Shown here: piece by piece, positions 18,662 to 27,126 of the stretch
How the letters are laid out: each line of letters starts with the position of its first letter
How positions within the stretch are numbered: the stretch's first letter is position 1
Assembly (NCBI GenBank): GCA_963675295.2
Contig: CAXXKJ010000002.1
Coordinates: forward strand, 2,336,001-2,400,000
DNA: 64,000 nucleotides
Reading direction: 5' to 3'
Origin: a bacterium
GTDB lineage: Bacteria > Electryoneota > Electryoneia > Electryoneales > Electryoneaceae
The notes under the pieces: model-generated
The model's database searches: none
Told to the model about the DNA's origin: nothing
What the model saw: only the letters and a program-made list of their open reading frames with translations
Translations under genes and position numbers: made by a program

Positions 18662-20218
18662 TTACAAATCTGGATCGGGCGAAATGGACCTCACAGTGAC
18701 TCCCGGTAGAACCGGTTCACCGACCGTCATCCGGTAGCGTGCCAGCGCGATGTTGTGATCCATCAGCGCCTGGCTGGTGCTTATCCGGCTGCGGTTGACC
18801 TGAATCTGTGCGTCGATCCAGTCCTGCGCGGTGATCTGACCATTGGCGAACCGTTGCCGGCTGATGTCAAACGACTTCTCGGAGATCTCAAGGGATGCCT
18901 TGGAGATCTCATACCGCCTCCGGGCTTCTTCCAGCGAACGCACCGCCGCCCGGACATCGAGGATCACGTCCTTTTCCGCCTGGCTGGCGTCGAATTCCGC
19001 CCGTCGCAACGACAGCCGGGCTGCCTGCACATCCAGATTCCGCCGTCCACCGCTAAACAACGGAATGTTGAGGTTGAATGCAACGCCCCGGTTGGTGACG
19101 TAATCATTGTAATCGTTCGAGAAGGTTTCGTCGAACGTGTTCGTCTGCTGGTTTAGACCGTAAAACGCTGTCACCTGGCCGCCGGGATTGTAGGGGCGCC
19201 GGGTGTTTTTCAACGACAGCTCTGCCTGTTCGACGCCGATTTCCGCCTGGCGAATTTCTTCCCTTTTCGCGAGTGCTTGTTCGATCGCGGTTTCGAGGTT
19301 GACCTGCAGCGTATCGAAGCCCGGGTTGCCAACAATGCGGATCGGTTGATCCAGCTCGACGCCAATCAGTGACCGGAAACGGTCAAGTTGGCCCTCATAG
19401 GTTGCTTCGGCACTGAGCAGGTTTGTCTCCACCCGTGATGCCTCCACTTCGAGCTGGAGCGCTTCAACCTCCGGAATCAGACCGGCCTCGAATTTTCGGT
19501 GTGCGAGGTCGGCGGTTTCCCGGTTGGCGTGCAGGTCATCGCGTGAAATCTCGAGTTCGCGAGCACCGGCGAGCAGTCCGTAGTAGGATTCGAGCACGTT
19601 GAACACCAGATTCCGCTGGCTTTGCATGGTGTTCAGCAGGGTGTTCTCATAGGACAGTTCGGCCTGCTGACGTGCGTAGCGGCGCAGGTTGCCACGGAGC
19701 AGTTCCTGGGTAAAGCTGGCGCGGTACGTGGTGTTGTATTCGAGCTTGTCGATCTGGCCGATGTATTCGTTGGTGTAATACTGCTGGTAGAACCGGGATG
19801 TCAGCTCGATATTGCCGCCTGTCGGGAGCGGCTGGGAAATGTTTAAATCTCCTTCCATCTGCCGGGTTTCGGTCTCGACCCATTCGCGAGAGTACTTATT
19901 GAGCTCTGCATCGTAGATGAGTTCCTGACTCAATGCCTGGGTAATGGTTGGCACTCCGAAACTCGATTCGAGCGTGGGAGAATACATGTCCAGCGCGGTA
20001 GACCGGAACGCGATGTAGGACTGATTGAGGCTTTCCTGGCTGTAGTAGGCGTCCGGCGACTCGCCCAGCGCGATGGCGATGGAGCGGTAGAGGTCGAGGA
20101 TCAATGTGTCGCCGACGGCAACGTTGCTGGAGTCGCTCTGGGAGAATACCGGAGCGAAGGCTGCTGTGCTCAGCAACGCAATGGTAACCAGAAGTGGAAG
20201 AAATTTATTGCCTGTCAT
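18662..20218 (-). CDS. TolC family outer membrane efflux protein
   Basis: Signal peptide; two OEP repeats (RKFEAGLIPEVEALQ and QRFANGQITAQDWIDAQ) and LNIPLFSGG. Confidence 0.9.
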   Translation of the reverse strand: MTGNKFLPLLVTIALLSTAAFAPVFSQSDSSNVAVGDTLILDLYRSIAIALGESPDAYYSQESLNQSYIAFRSTALDMYSPTLESSFGVPTITQALSQELIYDAELNKYSREWVETETRQMEGDLNISQPLPTGGNIELTSRFYQQYYTNEYIGQIDKLEYNTTYRASFTQELLRGNLRRYARQQAELSYENTLLNTMQSQRNLVFNVLESYYGLLAGARELEISRDDLHANRETADLAHRKFEAGLIPEVEALQLEVEASRVETNLLSAEATYEGQLDRFRSLIGVELDQPIRIVGNPGFDTLQVNLETAIEQALAKREEIRQAEIGVEQAELSLKNTRRPYNPGGQVTAFYGLNQQTNTFDETFSNDYNDYVTNRGVAFNLNIPLFSGGRRNLDVQAARLSLRRAEFDASQAEKDVILDVRAAVRSLEEARRRYEISKASLEISEKSFDISRQRFANGQITAQDWIDAQIQVNRSRISTSQALMDHNIALARYRMTVGEPVLPGVTVRSISPDPDL

Positions 20219-20246
20219 GGTCTGACCAGTAAGTTTCGATCAATCG

Positions 20247-21521
20247 CTATTCGTGACGGATGGCGTTGATGACATCCAGTTCAGCCGCTTTTTTCGCCGG
20301 CCACCAGCCGAAGATGATGCCGACAGTGGCAGAGACCCCGAACGCGAGCAGCACTGCCAGTGGACCAATTGAAGTATTCCAACCGGCAAATTGCGTGATG
20401 CCCCACGCCATCAGGATTCCGATGATGACTCCGACCAGTCCGCCGATCAGCGAAAGCAGAACCGCTTCGAGCAGGAACTGGGAGATGACATCGGACTGCC
20501 GTGCGCCCATCGCACGGCGGACACCGATCTCGCGTGTGCGTTCGACGACATTCGAGAGCATGATGTTCATGATCCCGATCCCGCCGACAAGCAGTGAAAT
20601 CGAGGCAATGGTGCCCATCACGATGTTGAAGATGCGCTGCGTCTGACGGCTTTGTTTCAGCAATTCCACCGGCACGATCAACTCGAAATCCTCGGCCTGG
20701 TTGTGTCTGCGGGTGAGGATGCGGGTGACGGTCGTGGCGACGGCTTGCAACTTGTCCTCGTCCGGCACGCGCAGGATCAGCGCTTCCAGCGGGCTATTGG
20801 ACCGGCTCACGGCGAAGCGGGCGTTGAGCGTTTCCAGTGGGACGTACACGTCCTTGCTCATGTCCGGCAGATCCAGCCCGGCAGAGGTGAACCCACCCAG
20901 CGGCGGTTGGATCACGCCGACGATGGTGAACCAGGATTCGCCGATCTTGATCTGTTCGCCTAATGGGTTTGACAGCGGGTAGAGATCGCGGCGCAGCGAT
21001 TCGGTGATGACGGCGACCGGCGCACGTGTACGGCTGTCATTTTCCGACAGGAAGCGACCACCGGTCAGGGTGGCGAAAAAGACATCGACGAACTCGGGTG
21101 CGGTGCCGACAATGCCGGTGCCCGCCTGCTTGGGCAGCTTAACCTTCTCACCGACTCGCCGCAACGGGACGATCAGGTCAACGTCAATCAGCAGTTCACT
21201 GAGCGCGTCAGCGTCCTCGAGCGTCAACCACTCGGGATTCTTGCGCTGGTTTTCCAGCAACTGGTCGCGATCATCCGGTTCGTGGGTCGATACGATGATG
21301 TTGTTGACGCCGAGGCTTTGGATCGCTTCGAGGATCTCGCTCTGCGCCCCGGCGCTGATCGAGGTCATCGCGATCACCGCGGCGACACCGAAAATGATGC
21401 CCAGCATGGTGAGGAAGCTGCGGAGTTTCTGCGCGAGCAGGGCGTCCATCCCGATGCGGAGGTTTTCCGCGATCGTGATTGCACTGCCTCCGAGGCCGGA
21501 TCTCCGGTCACCAGCTCTCAT
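20247..21521 (-). CDS. MacB/FtsX-type ABC transporter permease with no NBD
   Basis: LRSFLTMLGIIFGVAAVI and LLVGGIGIMNIML..V.ERTREIGVRRAMGA. Confidence 0.93.
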   Translation of the reverse strand: MRAGDRRSGLGGSAITIAENLRIGMDALLAQKLRSFLTMLGIIFGVAAVIAMTSISAGAQSEILEAIQSLGVNNIIVSTHEPDDRDQLLENQRKNPEWLTLEDADALSELLIDVDLIVPLRRVGEKVKLPKQAGTGIVGTAPEFVDVFFATLTGGRFLSENDSRTRAPVAVITESLRRDLYPLSNPLGEQIKIGESWFTIVGVIQPPLGGFTSAGLDLPDMSKDVYVPLETLNARFAVSRSNSPLEALILRVPDEDKLQAVATTVTRILTRRHNQAEDFELIVPVELLKQSRQTQRIFNIVMGTIASISLLVGGIGIMNIMLSNVVERTREIGVRRAMGARQSDVISQFLLEAVLLSLIGGLVGVIIGILMAWGITQFAGWNTSIGPLAVLLAFGVSATVGIIFGWWPAKKAAELDVINAIRHE

Positions 21522-22849
21522 TGGCCGTTGCCACCGTTCATCATGGACGTTGGCGCGTTCGAGCCGCTACCGCCGTCCTCATCCGCATCAATTCCGGTCC
21601 AGGTTGCCGGATCGAAGTTGGTGTTCGGGTCAACGAGGCTGACGCGATCCTTTTCGTCCAGCCCGCCGGTGACGATGACGAAATTGTCGTTGCGTGTGCC
21701 GAGTTCGACCGGTGTGCGTTTGTAGCCGGCGTTCGACCGGTAGACGACGGATTCGCCCTCATGGGTGAACACGGCGTCCAGCGGGATGTAGTAGGAGTCC
21801 GGGACTTCGTTGATGATGATCGTCGAAGACACCGTCATGCCTGGTTTCAGCACGTCTCCGACTTCGTCGAGCTGAATCACGACGTCGAAGACCTTGACGT
21901 TCGCTTCACTCTCCTCGTCCACGCGTCCAAGTCCGGCGACATCGGTGACGGTGCCGGTGAAGATGCTGTCGGGGAAGGCATCCGGGATGATGGTTGCCTT
22001 TTGGCCAACTTTGACGCGGGAAACGTCGACCTCGTTGACCGCAGTCTCGACGATCATCTCGGACAGGTCAGGCAACTCAATGAGTGCCTGCCGCCGCCAG
22101 GGAGTATCACCGACACGCAGCTCAGCCATCTGGGACCCGTTCCACAGCTTCATGTACACGACCAGCCCCGGCTGGGGCGCGGTCATGGTCAGTTCGGAAA
22201 GGGCTTTTTCTTCTTCGTGGAGGCTGATCTCAGCCTGTTGTTCGTTCAGTCGCAGCGTGCGCAACTCGGCGTTGTTGATGATCTTCTGCTGTTCAATGCG
22301 CTTCTCAGCCTGCTCAAGCGAAATGCGGGATTGCTGCAGCGCAAGTTCCTGCTCCTCCTTGACCACCTCGGCTTCAAACTGCATCTGTTCTAGCCGCAGC
22401 TCCGCCTGCCGGTAGCTGGCTTGCGCGGATTGCAGCCCGGCTTCGAGATCGGCCATGGTGGAGGCCATTGACGAACGCGACTTGTCCAGCGAAGCCTGGG
22501 ACTTCTCAAGCTCGTTCTTCGCTTCCTCGATGCGTTGCAGAACTTCGGTCTGGTCGAATATGACGAGGGTGTCACCGGTTTCGACGTGCGAGCCCTTTTC
22601 CGCCAGCCAGAGGACCTGGAGGTTGGTGCGGACGCTGGGCGCGCGGACGACGACGGAGTTCTTCGCGCTCAGCTCACCAGTTTCGGTGATGGTGACGCGG
22701 AAATTGCCGTATTTGACCGGGAAATCGGGCAGATCACCACCCGGACCACCACTACCGGCGATGAGGAAATAGAGGAGGACGATGACGACGAGTCCTGCGA
22801 ACAGTCCGATACGTCCCGCGGGTTTCTTCAACATAGATGTCAGAACCAT
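21518..22849 (-). CDS. MacA-like periplasmic adaptor (MFP)
   Basis: N-terminal TM, lipoyl half-motifs, coiled coil, VNEVDVSRVKVGQ and LKPGMT. Confidence 0.9.
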   Translation of the reverse strand: MVLTSMLKKPAGRIGLFAGLVVIVLLYFLIAGSGGPGGDLPDFPVKYGNFRVTITETGELSAKNSVVVRAPSVRTNLQVLWLAEKGSHVETGDTLVIFDQTEVLQRIEEAKNELEKSQASLDKSRSSMASTMADLEAGLQSAQASYRQAELRLEQMQFEAEVVKEEQELALQQSRISLEQAEKRIEQQKIINNAELRTLRLNEQQAEISLHEEEKALSELTMTAPQPGLVVYMKLWNGSQMAELRVGDTPWRRQALIELPDLSEMIVETAVNEVDVSRVKVGQKATIIPDAFPDSIFTGTVTDVAGLGRVDEESEANVKVFDVVIQLDEVGDVLKPGMTVSSTIIINEVPDSYYIPLDAVFTHEGESVVYRSNAGYKRTPVELGTRNDNFVIVTGGLDEKDRVSLVDPNTNFDPATWTGIDADEDGGSGSNAPTSMMNGGNGQ

Positions 22850-23334
22850 CCGTTGGCCAAATGAGAGTTAGCCTGCGCAACCGGACAATATAGTGTAATC
22901 GACCGGCGACAACGCGAAATTGTTGACCTCGCAGCAACCGTGTGCTATCGGTAACATGGTTTTCTCAGTCTGAATGTTCCCCGCAGCATGGCAAGCAGGT
23001 TTCATTGTTGAGACGCGTGCATGAATAAGTAGTAACGGAGCCTGCGCTAATCTGCTCCGGGAGGCAGGTTAAACGTATGCTTCTCATTGGGTCAACATAT
23101 TGATTATTCGTTATCTAGAGTATATGGATAACATGTGCTAAACATAGTGGTAACAAACAAATAGCGGTCTCCGAGCAGCTCCCATGCGGGCTTCTCGCGC
23201 CGTAGTTTCTCGCACGTTATCTTCTCGATAACCTATCATCTGCCGGGGCGAATGGGCGCGTCCCCGTCAGCCAGAAACTTGTACCGATCTTTCTCGGGAT
23301 CAATCCCTCGACCAACAAGTCCACAACCCTGCGA

Positions 23335-25824
23335 GTGTCCCTGCGAACGGGTGACGAAAGTTGCCGTCGTGGCAGGGGAGCGCGCGGTCGGAGCAGCAGG
23401 AGGCAGAGTACGCTCGTGGTAGCGTTCCGGTTTACCCCGACAGGGGCCAGGAAGAGAATAACGGCAGCGATCGCGGTATTGAGCGCGTGTTTGCTGGCCG
23501 TTGCGGTAGTTAATGCGGCCCGTCCCGGCGGCACTCCGCGCAAGATCCAGCAGGATGACTACTGGCACTATACCAGTGTCGGCAACCTCGGCATGACGGT
23601 GACGAATTTCGGCATTCTCGGCCAGGGGTATAACAATGCCGACCAGCCGTCCTGCGAGTACAAGTTCCGCAGCACGCTGGATTCACGGAAGGATGAGGTC
23701 GAACACTTCTCGTACGCCGGTATCTGGATCGGTGGTGTGCGTGACAATCAGGACCGTGTTTCGACCGCGATCACCGATGGTGTGTTTGGCTACGAGGATG
23801 GCGGCTGGGAGTTTACCTCGTCGTACACGGATCGCATCAAGGATACCCCGATCTGGCGTCACCTCGCGAAGATTGACCGCCGCTTCGACCTTTCCCGGAT
23901 TGATCAGGGTGAGGTCGAATTTGCGAATACGCTGACGGCTGAAGTGGACAATGGCTGGATCGAATTCGGTTCGACCACATGGGACACGATTGTCACCTCG
24001 AGCTCATTGCGTGAGGTCAGCGAAGACAGCCCGTACGGCCGTCTGTTTGACCCGAACGCAATCAGCCACCAGGATCTCGTCTGCGCCTATACCGATACGA
24101 ACACCATCGTGCCGGGCACCGGCGTCACAATTGAAAACCACATCCCGCTCGGCGTGCATGTCTACCAGGAAGTGTATGCGTGGAACTACGCGTACGCCGA
24201 CGCCTTCGCGATTCTCAACTACACGATTACCAACATCCCCAAGGGCTGGTTCGTCGCAGACCGTGACACGACGATGGAGTATTCGGCGAATGTCATCCGC
24301 GAGTTCTCGGCGGGCGACACGGTGTTCACCGGTTCGGTGATTGAAACGCCGTACTTCGGCATCTGGGTCGATGCGTCCATCGGCAACATGAACTACACCT
24401 CGGCGTATGGTGAAAATACCCCCGGCGGCAACTGGTACTGGTACGACAACCTCAACGATTACGATCCGGAACGCCGGCTTGGATTGCAGTACGACTATGA
24501 CGGCGACGCGGGCTGGGCGCAGAGCTATCTCGGCGTGAAAATGCTCGGCGCTGAAATTGTGCAGGGCGATTCGTTAACCACGGATTGGGACGCGTATTAC
24601 AACCAGTGGACGTGGGGCGGGTCGGCATTCGGCAACACGTGGCCGATGCCGTTCACCGAGTCGGAACGGTTGCAGAAGATGGGTACGCATGGGTCGTACT
24701 CAACGATCCCGAGCGACGAAGACAGCCAGCAGTCGTGGATGATGCTATTGACCAGCGGTCCGTATCCGGATCTCGCGCCTGGTGACCGGTTCAACGTGGC
24801 GATCGCATTGATGGGCGCGCGTTGGAACGGTGGTGGTCCGGACAACGAAGATCGTCGTGAGTACCTCTACACGAATGCGGAATGGGCGCAGATCGCGTAC
24901 AACGGGGAAGACCGGAACGGGAACGGTGTGCTGGATCCTGGCGAGGACAAGGACCTCGACGGCAAGATCACGCGCTTCGTGCTGCCGGAACCGCCTCCGG
25001 CACCAGACCTGGCGGTTGTCGCCGGCGATCATGAAGTGGAACTCTACTGGACCGACACCCCGGAATACACCATCGATCCGATCAGCAACGAACCGGATTT
25101 TGAAGGGTACCGGGTGTACAGCTCGCCGAAGACCGAGGTGCCGGAAGGCGAAATCGAGAACGAGTGGACGTTGCTGGCCGAGTTCGATGTGGACACGACC
25201 GAAACGGACACGAATCTCGTCGGCTTCAACCTTGGCCTTGACGCCATTCGTCTTGAACAGGATACGCTGATCAACGGCATCAGCTACCAGTACAAGTGGG
25301 TGAATTCGAACGTGCGCAACGGCTGGCCGCGTGAGCTGTACTACGCGGTGACTGCGTACGACCGTGGCGACGAAGCGGCGGGTCTATTGTCGTTGGAGTC
25401 GAACCCGAACAACAATGTGGTGTATGCGTTCCCGGGCACGAAACCGGCGGCTTCCGGCGATAACCGGGTTGGTGTGTATCCAAATCCCTATCGCGGACGC
25501 GCGGCCTGGGACGGGTTGACCGAACGTGACCGGCTGATCTGGTTCCGCAACCTGCCCGTAGAATGCAAGGTGACGATCTTCACGCTGGCGGGTGAACGAG
25601 TGGATTCGTTTCGACACAACGCGCGAACCTACGCGGGTAACGACGTGGATCGGATCAATGCCGGCGCGACCGCCGGAGAGATTCGGTCCTTCAGCGGTGG
25701 TGAGCATGCGTGGGATCTGCTGACCGAGGACGATCAGGAAATCGCGACCGGGCTGTACATCTACACGGTCGAGGATCTCAATTCCGGTGATGTGAAGACC
25801 GGCAAATTCCTGGTGATCAAGTGA
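23335..25824 (+). CDS. Large secreted protein with DxNxNG Ca-binding loops, an FN3-like region and a variant T9SS C-terminal domain; start uncertain
   Basis: VGNLGMTVTNFG N-terminus, GEDRNGNGVLDPGED, DFEGYRVY, YYAVTAYD and VGVYPNPY...WDLLT...IATGLYIY...GKFLVIK. Confidence 0.8.
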   Translation: MSLRTGDESCRRGRGARGRSSRRQSTLVVAFRFTPTGARKRITAAIAVLSACLLAVAVVNAARPGGTPRKIQQDDYWHYTSVGNLGMTVTNFGILGQGYNNADQPSCEYKFRSTLDSRKDEVEHFSYAGIWIGGVRDNQDRVSTAITDGVFGYEDGGWEFTSSYTDRIKDTPIWRHLAKIDRRFDLSRIDQGEVEFANTLTAEVDNGWIEFGSTTWDTIVTSSSLREVSEDSPYGRLFDPNAISHQDLVCAYTDTNTIVPGTGVTIENHIPLGVHVYQEVYAWNYAYADAFAILNYTITNIPKGWFVADRDTTMEYSANVIREFSAGDTVFTGSVIETPYFGIWVDASIGNMNYTSAYGENTPGGNWYWYDNLNDYDPERRLGLQYDYDGDAGWAQSYLGVKMLGAEIVQGDSLTTDWDAYYNQWTWGGSAFGNTWPMPFTESERLQKMGTHGSYSTIPSDEDSQQSWMMLLTSGPYPDLAPGDRFNVAIALMGARWNGGGPDNEDRREYLYTNAEWAQIAYNGEDRNGNGVLDPGEDKDLDGKITRFVLPEPPPAPDLAVVAGDHEVELYWTDTPEYTIDPISNEPDFEGYRVYSSPKTEVPEGEIENEWTLLAEFDVDTTETDTNLVGFNLGLDAIRLEQDTLINGISYQYKWVNSNVRNGWPRELYYAVTAYDRGDEAAGLLSLESNPNNNVVYAFPGTKPAASGDNRVGVYPNPYRGRAAWDGLTERDRLIWFRNLPVECKVTIFTLAGERVDSFRHNARTYAGNDVDRINAGATAGEIRSFSGGEHAWDLLTEDDQEIATGLYIYTVEDLNSGDVKTGKFLVIK

Positions 25825-27023
25825 TGAACGTGCGCACCTGTATCGTCGTGTTACTGGCGCTGCTGATCGCGGTGCCGCTGGTTGCCGGGACCATCTCGGT
25901 TGATACCGGTTTCTACACCGCTCCGGCGGACGAGACGTTGCCGTTGGTGGACGGCGATCACGCGACGAATGTGATCCTGTTGATCGGTGACGGGATGGGG
26001 TACCGGCAGGTTGAGGCGGCGCAATACACCGCTGTAGGTCCTGAAGGCCGGCTGCACATGCAGACAATGCCGGTGACCGGGATGATGAGCACGTGGTCGG
26101 CGGACCGGTTGATCACCGACTCGGCGGCGTCCGGGACCGCGATTGCAACCGGCTACAAGACGGACAATCGCCGGATCGGCATGCTTCCAGATGGCCAGAA
26201 GCCGGTCAGCATCCTTGAGGCGGCGGAAGCGATGGGGTTATCGACGGGGCTAGTCGCCACGTCCACGATCACACACGCGACTCCGGCGGCATTCGCCGCG
26301 CATCAGCCGTCGAGATACGACCAGTCGGCGATTGCGCTGGACATGGCGAATTCAGGTGTGGATGTTGTGCTCGGATCCGGGACCAAGTACTGGTTGCCTG
26401 CGCCGGATGGCGAACGTGAGGACGGCCTGGACCTGCTGAAGCAGATGCAGCACGACGGGTATACCATCGCGCGTACCGGCGATGAGATGCTGGCGTTGGA
26501 TCGGATGCCGGCGATTGGGCTGTACGGTCCGAACGAACTGTACGAAACGCCGGAAGAACCGTCCATCGCGGAACTGACGCGGCAGGCGATCGAGTTGTTG
26601 GCTCAGGGCGAGGATGGATTCTTCCTGATGGTGGAAGGCAGCCAGATCGACTGGGAAGCGCATGCGAACGAAGAGGATGAACTGGTACGTCGCACCCTGT
26701 TGTTTGACCTTGCGGTGGCGGAGGCGATCGAGTTCGCCAAACGGGATGGTAACACGTTGGTCATTGTGACCGCCGATCATGAGACAGGCGGAATGACGTT
26801 GACCAAGGGTAACCGTGACGGCTCAGAGGTTGTCGCGCAGTTCAGCTCGACCGGCCACACGGCCGGTGTGGTGCCGGTGTTCGCGTACGGGCCGGGCGCG
26901 TTGGCGTTCACCGGCTTGTACGAGAATTCGGACCTGGCAGTGAAGATGTCGCGGGCGCTGCGGATCAAGGATTTCCCGCGGTTGCATCAACAGAGTGATT
27001 TCAACCAGACGCTGGCCGACTAA
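25821..27023 (+). CDS. phoA: Alkaline phosphatase (PhoA family)
   Basis: LIGDGMG, catalytic TDSAASGTA, THATPA, VEGSQIDWEAH, TADHETGG and GHT; signal peptide. Confidence 0.93.
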   Translation: MMNVRTCIVVLLALLIAVPLVAGTISVDTGFYTAPADETLPLVDGDHATNVILLIGDGMGYRQVEAAQYTAVGPEGRLHMQTMPVTGMMSTWSADRLITDSAASGTAIATGYKTDNRRIGMLPDGQKPVSILEAAEAMGLSTGLVATSTITHATPAAFAAHQPSRYDQSAIALDMANSGVDVVLGSGTKYWLPAPDGEREDGLDLLKQMQHDGYTIARTGDEMLALDRMPAIGLYGPNELYETPEEPSIAELTRQAIELLAQGEDGFFLMVEGSQIDWEAHANEEDELVRRTLLFDLAVAEAIEFAKRDGNTLVIVTADHETGGMTLTKGNRDGSEVVAQFSSTGHTAGVVPVFAYGPGALAFTGLYENSDLAVKMSRALRIKDFPRLHQQSDFNQTLAD

Positions 27024-27126
27024 GCGGAACGTCTGGTTTTTGGTCCATGTGTTGTAGTTTCGCAAGCACTGAATGGTTGAGATAGAAAAGAAACGCAATT
27101 CGTGCGTTTGCAAAGAGGAGAAGGGT

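Noticed and set aside
22850-23334. Pho box or riboswitch upstream of the phosphatase-containing locus
   Set aside because: AT-rich divergent promoter region, but I could not find convincing 11-bp-spaced direct repeats or a known aptamer.
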